A stretch of 64,000 nucleotides of DNA from Felis catus (lineage: Eukaryota), in the NCBI RefSeq assembly GCF_018350175.1, contig NC_058368.1:137704001-137768000 (forward strand). The letters run 5' to 3'. Shown in pieces: positions 11,243 to 23,074 of this stretch; position 1 is the first letter of the stretch; every line of letters begins with the position of its first letter. Below the pieces are notes generated by a model. That model was not told where the DNA came from, did no database searches, and was given only the letters and a program-made list of their open reading frames with translations. A program made the position numbers and the translations under genes.

Positions 11243-12357
11243 AAAAACGAGTCTTAATTTTTAAGTTTGTTGCAGGTAAAGTAAAAGTGAACACAATTTA
11301 TTCATCCAAAAATTCATGAAACACTCGCTTATGTGCCATTGGTAATGCGGTTCCCAGAGAGAATAAGACCACCCTCCCTCCCCCGCCCCGGCACACACTA
11401 CCCAGCACTCAGAGTTCACCTCAGGTAGACACGATGTGGGGCAATGTGTGATGTCATACAATACTGTGTTTCAGGTCATTGCTCTAAAAAAGTATCCATT
11501 CATTTGGTGAGAAGCTCATTTTCCTCTATGCTTAATAAGTACTGCAAAGTGGGAGTTTAAGGGGAAAAAAAAAGCGATTCTAAGTAAAAAGGACAAAAGT
11601 GAGTGACTTAGGAGGAAGGAGGAGACAGACTTGTCTTACTTTTGGCCTGAAATACCACGGAGAGGAAATTGGGAGATAGCCAAAAAGTAGCTTCCCCCTC
11701 ACAAGGGTGATCCCCACACAGGCCTTCTCTTCCCCCTCTACCACCTTGAATTGCAAAAGGTAAATCCCCTGGTGGTGAGCATAGCAGATATGCTTGCCGC
11801 TTGCCGACTCAGAGCCCCAGCCAGGACAGGGCCAGTGAATGACTTTGCACACAGCACACTTCCACTTTCACTCTCCTCGTACCACCTGCTCCCACGGGCC
11901 CTACGGCTGCCCCTCTCCAGCTCCCCTCACGACGCTTCTTCCACATCAACACAGACTCATTATTGCTGTCACGTTCCTCTTCTTGAGGCCATTTGGCGGT
12001 TCGTCTGTTATGGCACTTGGCAACAATTTTCCATACAGCATGAAATCATATCAAAAGCCACTGTTGTTGACATTAGGACTGAGGCTGTTTGAATCCAGAT
12101 GTGATGTGATGTCATCTATTTGTCATATAGACAGTGGGGGCTGAATTCTAATCGTTTGCCGGCCGTCTCTAAGATGATTCGACGTAGCAAATGGAAACGT
12201 ACTGGCCTAGCACAGTTGGTTCTAGCACAGGTTTTGACGTTTCTGAAGAATGAAGTAAAAGAACGTCTCTCAAGAGAGAAGGGACCCCACTGAGACTATC
12301 ATATGCACTGCCCCTTTCCTTTAGCAAAAAGAGCTTTTGTTGGAAAATGGTAGGTGA

Positions 12358-12614
12358 GGACTGGGGTGGGTCAGTCGGTTGGGTGTCTGACTTCAGCTCA
12401 GGTCATGATCTCACAGTACATGGGTTCGAGCCTTGCATGGGGCTCTGTGCCGACGGCTCGGAGCCTGGAGCCTGCTTTGGATTCTGTGTCTTCTTCTCTC
12501 TCTGCTTCTCCCCTGCTTGTGCCTCTGTCTTTCACTGTCTCTCTCAAAAAGAAAATACACGTTAAAAAAGAAGAAGAAGAAGAAGAAGAAGAAGAAGAAG
12601 AAGAAGAAGAAGAA
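12358..12614 (+). mobile_element. Can-SINE with GAA-converted tail
   Basis: SINE body about 12360-12565; TSD gaaaat(g/a)gtaggtga at 12343-12357 and 12615-12629. Confidence 0.93.
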
Positions 12615-12617
12615 GAA
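12570..12617 (+). repeat. (GAA)16 trinucleotide repeat
   Basis: 48 bp of uninterrupted GAA in the SINE tail. Confidence 0.97.
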
Positions 12618-12934
12618 AATAGTAGGTGAAATGAGATTTTTACCAAGTGGCTTTTGGAAGCCCTCTCTTTCTTCAGGAGCCCAACACTGAACCAACAATT
12701 CAGGGTTTGTAGGCACTGGGAAAGGCGTGGAGGATCGGAACAAAGAAGGGTCTCAGCCACATCTCTTCAGACAAGGACCTGGCAGACCAGGCGGGGTGCT
12801 AACAAGTCAGCAAGTCATGACCTCACAGTGTGGAAAGTGCTGGAACACAGGTCTGTACAAGTATGTTAAAGGGCCAGAGGAGGAGTTACTAGGACTGCCT
12901 GATAGTGAACAAGGAAGCCTCAGACATAAACTTT

Positions 12935-13150
12935 AAAAAAAAAAATTTTTTTTTAACGTTTATTTATTTTTGAGACAATGCGAGAGACAGAGCATGAGTG
13001 GCAGAGGGACAGACAGAGGGAGACACAGAATCTGAGGTGGGCTCCAGGCTGTCAGCACAGAGCCTGACGCGGGGCTTGAACTCACGAACCATGAGATCAT
13101 GACCTGAGTCGAAGTTGGATGCTCAACTGACTGAGCCACCGAGGCGCCCC
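12935..13150 (-). mobile_element. Can-SINE
   Basis: tttttaacgtttatttatttttgagac...gagccaccgaggcgcccc. Confidence 0.95.
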
Positions 13151-13199
13151 AGGGATAAACCTTTTATACAGTCCCATTATGCTCTGCCCCTCAGCTATG

Positions 13200-13318
13200 G
13201 CTGCTTATTAGTTTCAAGGGGTTTTGTTTGTTTGGTTTTCGTTTTCGTTTTTATTGATTCTTTGAGATTTCCTACATAGACAGTTATGTCATCTGCAAAC
13301 AAAGACAATTTTATTTTG
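13200..13318 (-). mobile_element. L1 ORF2 reverse-transcriptase fragment (dead)
   Basis: Minus-strand translation IKLSLFADDITVYVGNLKES matches the L1 RT catalytic motif (VKLSLFADDMIVY). Confidence 0.85.
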
Positions 13319-13419
13319 TAGTGGGAGGTCTGAGAGGTGCATTTGCAAGGTCGCCTCTCCAAGATTTGAAGCAAAGAGAGAAGGCAGAGCACCCCCCCCC
13401 CCCCCCACCGTGGCATGAA

Positions 13420-14330
13420 GGAACTCAGCATGTCTGAATGAAGTCATCCGGTGTGGCTAGGGATTGGGCTAAGTGGTAGAAGGGACAAGAGATTAGTGTG
13501 AGGTGGGCCTCAGAGGACAGCCAGGGTCAGAATCTAGCGACAGGCCCTGTGGCCATGGAGACATTTTTGGATCGTATCCTGAAGGCAAAGAAGCCCTACT
13601 GAGGAGTTTGAGAAGAAGGTCAGATGAGATCAGTTATGAGGAGATTCTGGCAGCAGTGTGGAAGACTGAGTGAGGGCAGGGCGGGGCGTGGGAGACAAGT
13701 AAGGAGAGCATGGCCTTGGTCTGATGACAGGTGATGGGGGCCCAATCCAGGCCGAAGGAGACCCAGGGGGACCAGATCCAGGAGTTCTATAGGAGGTAAG
13801 AGTCATGTGACTCGGGCACAGGACAGGAAAACAATAAAAAGCCTCAGACATTTCACTTGGGGGCCCAGTGGCAGGGGAACAATTCACAGAGAAAGGGAGT
13901 TACAAGAGGGGAAAAAGTATAGAGGGGGAAATCAAGAGCGTGGTCAGTTTGGGACAGGTGGCTTCTGAGGTTCCTCTAACTCACTGGCATTTGGACACAC
14001 GGGTCTGGGATTCAGAATCATTGCCCGGACTAAACAGAGAGGTTCTGCTGCATTTTTGAGGCTATAAGTTCACCCAGCCATAGAGTACAGCTTTAGAAGA
14101 CAAGAAGGCCAAATACTGAACTCCAGAGAACTCAATGGCAGAGACAGGTGGAAGAGGAGGAGCCAGAAGAGATGACTGAGGAGTGGCCATGTCAGTGGGA
14201 TGGAGAGCGCGGTGCCCTGAAAGCCAAGGACCGGGGCGAGGGCAGGGGGAAGCTTCTGAGTGGAGTGTGGTCAGCGGTGTCAGATTCGGCTACAGGGGAG
14301 CCAGTTAGACGAGAGCTAGGAATGGTCTGT
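13420..14330 (-). mobile_element. L2 internal fragments
   Basis: Purine-rich L2-like text such as ggccctgtggccatgg, attctggcagcagtgtggaagactg, ttcacagagaaagggag, gtggaagaggaggagccag. Confidence 0.6.
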
Positions 14331-14345
14331 GGTCCCCTTTGTACA

Positions 14346-14782
14346 GTGTTATAGGTTGAACTGTGCTCCCAAGAAGAGATGTTGGAGTCTCACCTCCTGG
14401 ACACTCAGAATGTGACCTTGTTTGGGAGCACGGCTGTTGCAGATATAAATAAGGCACAAATTAAGATGAAGTCATACTGGGGTAAGGTGAGCCCTTCGTC
14501 CAGTACGACTGGTGTCCCTGGAAGAAGAGAGGAGGCAGGTGTAGAGAGAAGGCGGCCACGTGCAGATGGTCCAGGTGCAGGCCAAGGATTTCTGGTCAAC
14601 TCTCCGGCCAAGAAGAAGGCCAGGGACGCATCCTTCCCTGGATGCTTCAGAGAGAGGATGACCCTACTAACACCTTGATTCCAGACTTCTGGCCTCCAGA
14701 ACTATAGAGGATAAGTTTCTATTGTTGCAAGCCACCCCAGTTTGTGGTACTTTGTGATGGCAGCCCGGGGAAGTTAATATAC
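14346..14782 (+). mobile_element. MLT1 (MaLR) solo LTR, MLT1B/C-like
   Basis: tgttataggttgaactgtg...ctcagaatgtgaccttgtttgg...acaccttgattccagacttctggcctccagaact...agtttgtggtactttg...ttaatataca. Confidence 0.85.
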
Positions 14783-15007
14783 AGAGTAGAGTGCAAAAGC
14801 CTTTATTTTGCTGCAAGGGCAGACAGGTGAGTCTTCTTTAAGACTAGAGGGAAGGGAAATGTAGTGCAGAGCTAATATGTTTAGAGGTGAGAGTAATGAA
14901 GGGGGGGTGCGGAGAAAGTTACAGCCTGTTGGCATCATTGGTTCTATGAATCCAGGGATGGGGATCATCTGCTGCGAGTGAAGGGGATGAACAACTTAGT
15001 TGCCACT

Positions 15008-15479
15008 TGTATCAGTTCTCTATCGCTGCGTGACAAATTACCCCCACATTTAGCAATTCAAACAGCAAACGTTCAATGTCTCACATAATTGCTTTCTCAG
15101 AGTCAGGAATCTGGGACTGGCCCAACTGGGTGGTTCTGGTTCAAGATCTCTCATGGAGGTTGCAGTCAAGGTGTCAGCCAGGGCTGTGGTTTTCTGAAGT
15201 TTCAACTGGGGCTGGAGGATCTGCTTCCATAGTCGCTCATTCACAGGGACCTCTCTATGTGGCAGCCTGTTTCCCCTCTGGCAAGTGATCGGGAAAGAGA
15301 CCAGGGCATAAACCACAGTGTCTTTTATGACCTAAGCTTGGCAGTCACACCCCATCACTTCTGCTGTGTGCTACTGCTTATACAGACCAGTTCTGATACA
15401 ATGAAGGACAAACGACACAAGAGAACAAATACTAGGAGGCAGAGACCATTAGGAGCCATCTTGGAGGCTGGCTACCACA
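15008..15479 (-). mobile_element. MLT1 (MaLR) solo LTR, MLT1F-like
   Basis: Begins tgtatcagttctctatcgctgcgtgacaaattacc and ends gccatcttggaggctggctaccaca. Confidence 0.85.
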
Positions 15480-15923
15480 CCAGTCTTATGCTGGGGCCTC
15501 CCAAGTCTCGGACAGTTCTGGCCTCTCTCCCTGAGTTTCAGACATGCACCGGTAAGGTGTCCTCTGGCCATCAGCACCTCAAAGCACCTAAAGGTCCCCC
15601 AAGCACCTCAAAGGTTGGCAACCTGTATAAAACTGAACTCTTCATTCCATTCCCAAAGCCAGATTCCTTCTCTAACACCCTCGTAGTCAGAAGCTCCAGC
15701 AGTGACTCAAACATTCAAGCTAGAAGTTGCAATCATCTATGACCTCTCTCCTTCGCCAACTCTTCCAATCCCAAACCATCACAGGTCCCATCAATTTTGC
15801 TTTCTAAGTATTTCTGGGATCTATTGCCTCCTCTCCATACTTACTTTCATAGCCCCAGCTAAGGAATTTATCTCTCACCTGGGTCCCTGCAACAGCCCCC
15901 ATACTATTGGACCAACATACGGC

Positions 15924-16577
15924 TGTTGAGAGCCATGAAGGTTCTAGGGTTTACCCTACTTGTGAGCTAACAAGTTAGCTTGGATTCTAGCAGTTTCATG
16001 GATGCTGACAGAATACACAAGATTCCTGGGTCAGATGCACAGGACTTAATAACTCCCAGCATGGCAAGCAGCTTGAACTCCACATTCATCTCAGTTCCCC
16101 TTGCCTCCCCAAGAACTAGAGGGGCAACATGGAGTGACCCAGGCAGATGCTACATATGCAGTGGGATTCTGTCCCAGTTGAGAAACCCTAAGCTTAGGGA
16201 AGCTGAAAATTTTTTTTATTTTTTTGAGAGAGTGAGAGAGAGAGCATGCGAGCAGGGGAGGGGCAGAGGGAGAGGAAGAGAGAGAATCCTAAGTAGGCTC
16301 TATCTACACCCGGCGCAGAGCCTAACATGGGGCTTGATTTCATGACTGTGAGATCCTGACCTGAGCCAAAATTAAGGGTTGGATGCTTAAAAGACTGAGC
16401 CACATAGTCTCCCCAAGGGGAGGTGAATCTTTTATAGCAGGCTGTAAGCAAAGCTGCCTGCTGTTCGCTCCAGAGAGTCACTACGTCTATCTTCCAAGTT
16501 TGCTTGGGAAGCTAGGATTCTTGGAACAAACATCCTTGAAAGGGCAGTTAGTACTTCATTTGCAATACACGCAACAA
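15924..16577 (-). mobile_element. ERVL solo LTR (LTR40-like), interrupted by a SINE
   Basis: tg...ca termini; tttaccctacttgtgagctaacaagttagc...cagtttcatggatgctgacaga...ctgggtcaga matches the remembered LTR40-group consensus. Confidence 0.65.
16210..16414 (-). mobile_element. Older Can-SINE
   Basis: tttttttatttttttgagagag...catgcgagcaggggaggggcagag...gactgagccac; degenerate TSD agggaagctgaa/ggggaggtgaa. Confidence 0.9.
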
Positions 16578-17899
16578 AAGTGAGAAACTCACACTGTCTC
16601 CCAACAACAGCCAAAATCCAAATCAGGCCATTTGAGGGTTTCCTATACCTACAGAATAAAATCAAATCTCTACAAAAACAACACTGTCCACCTCTACCAG
16701 CCTCGTTCCTCGGATTCCCTACCTTACAACATGAGCCGGAAATAACGCACAGCCCCTCCAACTGTGTTTGTGTGTGTTACTTCTTGCCTCTAGGTCTTTG
16801 CCTGGGCGATCTTCTTTGCCGGAATTTCCTCCTCCCTTCCCCAGAAATCATTCATGTGATGTTCTGTGAAGGAACCTCCGAGACTCACACGCACTTTGGG
16901 TGTTGCTGGGTTAATGTTTGTCTATGGGGACAGGGGTCAGCAAATCCTCACTTTTTACTGGACTAATTTGCCACTTGCAACCGTCTTCTTCGTTCTCTAA
17001 ATGGAACTACCCGTTAGGGGACGAAGTCACCGCATGTTCCAGTGAGACGAGTCTCCAGGATTTTCTCGGCAACTTCGGTGGCAGTGTCAGGTAAATCCCT
17101 CGTTTCTAGTCTCTCTCCTGCTTCTCCTTGGCCTCTTGGCTGCACTGTCCCCACAGTCCGGCTGAAACAGCTCCTTTCAGGTTCTGGGTCTGGTCGTTTT
17201 CACTCAAAGCCGAATACCCATTTTCAGTTACAAAATAACTCTTCATGCCATAGCTTTGTACACCTCCAACCGGAGGCCTGCTGCACGGCCACAAGGAGCA
17301 GAAGAAGTAAGGTTGAGAACCGTGGCCCAAGGCCCCATCTATTTCACAAAAATGCAAACAAAGCTGCATAGAATGTGTTAGAAAAACAGCGTAGCTTTGG
17401 GACAGCTTTGAGAGACACTGCAAGAAAACTATTCACTCGTTCCAGAAGTGAACTCTGGTGGTCACTGGACCATGTTTCAGGAATCCGTCGGCTTCCAGAG
17501 AATTCTTAGGAGTGGTGCCCAACCAACATGGACTTCATCTAACTCCTTTCTTGTATTGCCCCCGTTCGTTTTGCTTGTTTTTGCTTTTCTCCGAAATGAA
17601 GTTAATAGCATGAATCACCAACCCGGCTTTGAGTAAAGAGAACCAACAAGGAGTGATAGCATAAGGCTTATAACGCACTGCTAGAGCGCGAACGAAAAAC
17701 GTTGTATGAGATCACGTCCTCGTGGGTGAACTAAAAAGGTACAATCTTCCCATTTGGCGTTGTCTTTTTGGTTGTGCCAGTGTCACCTTCTGGGGTGTCT
17801 GCCCAGCTGACAATGACCTCTTCTTACTGAGATCTATGGAGTTGGGCCTTTGACAACCATATTTATGGAACATGATTCTGGCTCCCATCTCCCACCCGA

Positions 17900-17995
17900 C
17901 AGGGATCTTCTTCATTCCCTCACATATCCCAAGCACCTACAACAGTGACTAGAACATAGTGTTCAATAAATATTTGCCTAATTGATGAGCATGAG
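17900..17995 (+). mobile_element. L2 3' end
   Basis: agcacctacaacagtgactagaacatagtgttcaataaatatttg. Confidence 0.65.
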
Positions 17996-19470
17996 AATTG
18001 AGACTAAATGGAACGGTCCCTCCTGTGCTTGAGGCTGGAACTGTATGTAACCTGTGGATTCTGGAGCTGTAGGCATCGTAGGGGCTGAAGGGCAGGGGAA
18101 GGTGGAGATGACTGACACTTGGAGAGACGTCTGGAGGGTGAGGCTTTGGGCTGGCTCCCAACAATTCCCTAATTCCTGCTACGAGGCCATTCTAAGGCCA
18201 AGATACAAGCCACTAGCTTTGAATAAATTCCTTTGTCTATGCTTAAACTAGCCCCAGGGCGTGAGCCCAACACAATGTAGGAAATCTGGAAGCTGACCTG
18301 GCAAAATATAGGTGTGATTAGCGGAAAAAATTGGTCCCTCAGTACCAGAAGCCCTAGAGTTAAGATGGGTTGTGGCCTCTGGAAAATTCTCAGTGAGCTA
18401 GCACAGCGCACTCCTTTCTCTCCCACCCTTCGGAACTCACAGGCGTGTTCTGACAATAACACAAGGACACTGGCTTAACACGGTGAGACGTGAAATGGTT
18501 ACGCAATAACACACCAGTTTTCACAGAGATATTTGTGATAACGTTATACAGAACATACTGTGAAGCCCATACTGGAGCTCTCAAAGCATGGTCTCAAGTG
18601 GAATTATTTTTTCCCTCTCACCACAAAAGGGAGGCAAGTAAACACTATTTCTCATGGCCACAGCTCCATGGAGACACTAAGACAGGCACAGCACGTTCGG
18701 CGCGGAAAGTGAGACAAGAAGCTGCAAAACCCCACATACAGCAAGTGGTCCTGCTCATTGGTATTTGGTGCCAGGCCCCTCCGCAAAGTATATCGGAAGT
18801 GGAGGAAACTTCCTAGGTTCTTGGCAATTAGGGATTAACTTACAGAGATACAGCTGATGAAGTTCTGGTATTTCAACCCTGAACTTTGAGCGTTACAAGA
18901 TGACTCCTAATTTTCCACAGTTAATACGAAATATGCCATTAAAAGGAAACACACACACTGGTGCGGAACACAAAGAATTCGGATGACAAAAGAAAATCCC
19001 AGACCCACTGAGGACCAAGACCTTTCCCTTAGCCACACCCGGCTTAGTATTTCACCAGCGCTAATGAGCAGCCATATGACATATTAGTGGCCGGTTTCAC
19101 CCAGCTACACTGTGGTACCAAACACCTCCTCAGGCTGCAGGAGGTAAAGCAGGTTGGGTTTATTTCTCACTCCTGGAACCTGCGGGTTCCGCCGTCTGTC
19201 TTTCCCCGCGGGTGCAGACTAAAGGAGCACTTCCTGGGTGGGACTGGCGGAGGGAAGAGAGAGGGCAGAACCACACGGTGGCTTGTAAAGCTTCTGCTCA
19301 CAATAGCACCCACCACTTCCACCCACACATGGCAAACGCCTCCTGCAATGGGGCAGGAAGTTCAATCTCCCAGGGACGAACACTAGGGTGGGGCTGAGTC
19401 AGGAGGGGCCTTGAAGATGTTGACAGTAATTACAATATAGCTCAGCAGGGATTAGGTGTGTTTCCAGGAC

Positions 19471-19500
19471 CACTTTATTAATGGCACTTTATTAATGGCA
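19471..19500. repeat. 14-bp tandem duplication
   Basis: cactttattaatgg at 19471-19484 and 19485-19498. Confidence 0.92.
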
Positions 19501-19711
19501 GTCTGATCTAGATAATTACGCTTATGTTAATTGTAAACAGTTTACAGACTCAACGCATTATGTGGGTTTGGTCATCTCTAATGACTTTGAGGCTCCCCAA
19601 AGCGTGTGTGTTAAAGACTCCCTCAGCTGTTAACAGAAACCACTGGAAAGGCCGGGTGAACCCCAAACTGCGGGCACAATTCTGATAGTGGGCAAATGGC
19701 TTCCCTGGGAG

Positions 19712-19880
19712 CGTTTCTCAAGGTGTGGTTCACGTTCCTCCTGCAGCAGAAGGCCTTGGAGTGCAAGTTCAACATGCAGACGTTTGGGCTCCAAAGGGAA
19801 TCTGAGTTTCTAGGGGCGAGGCCTGGGAATCTGCATTTAAGCCGCATTCCAGGTGATTCTGATGTAGACCACCTAGTGAG
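19712..19880. mobile_element. MER5A-like hAT DNA transposon
   Basis: tttctcaaggtgtggttc...gaatctgagtttctaggggcgaggcctgggaatctgcatttaa...ccaggtgattctgatg. Confidence 0.75.
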
Positions 19881-19909
19881 AATTGCCAGCTCAGAAAATC
19901 TGCCCTTAC

Positions 19910-20015
19910 CTGTGCTCCCTCCTGTCAGAGAGCATTACGCTGGACGCGGGCGTCATCATCAATTGCTGTCCCGGTGTCCGTCACGTGCGGGGGTCCAGCC
20001 AGGACTGGGAATTTC
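19910..20015 (-). ncRNA. Candidate internal non-coding exon (106 nt)
   Basis: Minus strand acceptor tgcctcctgctctctgacttcccag|G and donor CAG|gtaagg; CpG-rich; stop codons in all three frames. No transcript evidence. Confidence 0.3.
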
Positions 20016-21255
20016 CTGGGAAGTCAGAGAGCAGGAGGCACTTTTTATGGAGGGGCTTTTAATGAGGGCCCCTACCCTTCCTTCATATACATTACAGTTT
20101 ATACAGTTCACTATTTTTCTTATAAATCAACATCTGCGAGTCATTTTGTGATTTGTCTATTTTTAGAAATGAAATGTGACTATATTAAACAATGTTCTCA
20201 TAAAAAACCCTCTTGTAGTAGTCACAATTGTTTGAAAACGTATATTTTAACTGCTTTTCCTCAACAGTGCACATTTGGAACAAAATCTGTGATGAGAGCT
20301 TAACCGTTAAGTTTCCAACCTGATTTTTGTGAGGTGGGCATGTTGTTAAATATTTCAGTTATCGATCCCTAAGATGAAAAGTAAAATTTCTAAGTTTATA
20401 TTCTGGCTCTGCCTGTGACTTTCCTGGGCTTTTTCAAAGAGAAAGAGACAGCAGTGTTCCATGTGGGATGATTTTGTTTCAGAGTTCTGTTGCAGTGACC
20501 TCTGCTCCTGCCTGGGTCATTAAATTCAATACACTTCTTCCAACTAAAAGTTTCCTGGCCTCCTTGTGCCTTAACTGGGCCTGGTCGAGCACTCTAGTAA
20601 CATAGGCTGCCCCAAAGCTGCCAGCTCATTTTAGGACAGTCCAGCTTGCAAGGAGTTTTGCTAGGCTGGTCTGCTTCCCTGTGGACTTTGGGGTCATCAC
20701 TGTGCTCTGGAAGAGGGGACGTTTGGGCACAAATCCCTTCAAGGTCTATTCCGTTGTTCAACCCACACCGGATATATGAATTGCTTTACAAACTTGGTTG
20801 AGCAAGAAAGTTCATGACATGGAGATCTCAAACGTTATTTTCAAGTTATTTCTGCCTTTTTGAAGCCACATCTATTGTCAACGTGAGGAAGTCAATTTGT
20901 TACAAAATTCAGTTGAAAGAAGTGAGAGAGAAAAAGAGGGAAGGGAAGGAAAGATACTTTTTGTACTAATTAAACTTTACTGAAAAAGAAAACAATACCA
21001 AACAAATGCACTCAAATGCTTTCTAAAGTATCAATTTTAAAGGCCTTTCTTTGCAGGCTAATGACAAGCACAATACAAGCAGACATACTAGTTTAGCATA
21101 ATTGGCTGATTTTGTACAGCGCTTAGATCTTTGAGTTCACAAGCATATTATTAAATCATAGACAATATCTAATGCAACTGTTTCTACAGAACTAGGAAGT
21201 AAATTTCTAAGAAACAAAGATTTTATAGACCCCATGTTTTATACCCAATTCCATC

Positions 21256-21437
21256 AAGGGAAGGGGAAGGGAGGGACAGAAAGAAGAAAGAAAAGAACAA
21301 AGGAAGGAAGAAAAGGAAGGAAGGAAGGATAAAAGGAAGGAGGGAAGGAAGGAAGGAAGGAAGGAAGGAAGGAAGGAAGGAAGGAAGGAAGGAAGGAGGA
21401 AGGGGGGAAGGAAGGAAGGAAGGAACGAAGGAAGGAA
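21256..21437 (+). repeat. Polypurine (GGAA)n compound microsatellite
   Basis: Longest perfect run is (GGAA)13 at 21343-21394. Confidence 0.95.
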
Positions 21438-23040
21438 TCCTGCTTTGTCCACTTTGCCTCCATGTTGTTTCTGCTCTGCTGACCTGGCCTCATAGTACCT
21501 ATCAACTGAACCCAAATACTCACAGTTCTGTGTCTCTCCAATGATGGGTTCTGTTTCCTACAGCTCCTAAATTCTGCAACTTGAACACAGCCAGATACAT
21601 CTCATAAGACGAAAACCATCATGCCCAACAAACTTCCGGATCTCCAGGAAGGTGGCACCAAAAAGGACAGAGGGTGGCGTGAAGTCTAAACTCAACCATC
21701 ATTGTCATGAAATTGTCATGAGCCTCACTCGCCAGAAAGGATGTGCTCCATTTCATAGTGATCGAAAAACAACAGCTCGTTAACATGACATCACAACGAA
21801 CCATGTGTGTGTGTGGTGGGGGGGCGGGGCGGGGGGGGCAGACACTTTGCCAATGGTTTCATTTTCAGCAAATGTAGATTTAATTTAGTTTCTTGAAATG
21901 AGAATGTTTCAATATTGCCTTATGAAAGTACTCCATTCTGGTTCTCGGGCAGAGTATCAGTTCAGAAAAGCTGCCAGTGTCTCTTGCATTCCTGGTTTTG
22001 TCTGTAATTTCTAAAGACTAGTAAGTAGACATGGCACTTTACAAATACACAAAGACAAGGGCCTGGCCTTCGGTCAGAAAAACACAACCCAAATGAAAAT
22101 AATCCAAGCAGAAGCAGTAACAGACAGTTTGGGGGGAGGGCACTGGCTCTGGAAAGCTAAGTTTAAAGTATTTCTGTTTTTGTTTTTGTTTTGAAACGGG
22201 AGTGATTTGAAGGGAAAGGGGGCGGTCACGTCCGAGGTTTGCTCTGTGTTTAATCGACATGGGCTCGTGGTCTCGGATGGTCACTCAATTCAAAAGCACA
22301 GTTGTTCATACCAACCCTCCCCCCCCCCCCCCCCGCAAAGAAACTGCTTTCTATGGCAGACAACTTCTTTTTTCCAATGGCTTTGTGGCTGACCTCAGCT
22401 CCCCAGACAAGTGTAGGTTTTAATAAGATAATTGCTTTCCGAGGCATTATGCCTCCTTTGTAGAAAAGCTTTTTGAACACAGAGCACACCTCGATTGGGA
22501 AGAGACCACACCTGAAGTCACAGCCCTAATTGATTGTTTTATTTGCCTTCATCAGAAAGCTCTAGCGACTGCATCAAGCAAAAGTCAGGCATATTGAACT
22601 TCCTAGAAACAAGCCAGTTCCCCGGCACTGTGGCATAGTCACTTAATCCAAGACATATTTTTATGCAAACCTCAAGCTATAACCCACATATGGTGGCAGA
22701 TCATTATCCTAAGACTCTAAATTGAACCAGTTATATAGTTGGAGGGGGATCTATCATAATCTGGAAAACTTTTCTTTTTACTGGTCTATTTTAACAAGTG
22801 TAAGGAGGAAATAAAACTCAAAAAGCATAAACTGTTTTACATTTTGAATTGAACTTTGAAAAAAATGGAAATACTCCAAAATAAAGACATACTGGCAAAG
22901 GGAGAGGGAAAGATAGAGACAGAAATAAAGGAGAAAATGTGGAAATATAAAGGTCTGTTACTGCTTTTACATTTCCTGATTTAGTTAAGTTAAAATGGCA
23001 GGATACACAATTATATAGAGATACTATCCCTAATGAAAGG

Positions 23041-23074
23041 GAGAGAGAGAGAGAGAGAGAGCGCGCGCGCGCGC
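23041..23074. repeat. (GA)10(GC)7 compound dinucleotide repeat
   Basis: gagagagagagagagagagagcgcgcgcgcgcgc. Confidence 0.95.

Noticed and set aside
12354..12760. Poly-E, poly-K, poly-S and poly-F ORFs
   Set aside because: Artefacts of (GAA)16 in a SINE tail
13195..13431. ORF with the FADD reverse-transcriptase motif as an active RT
   Set aside because: Only about 40 codons of decayed L1 ORF2
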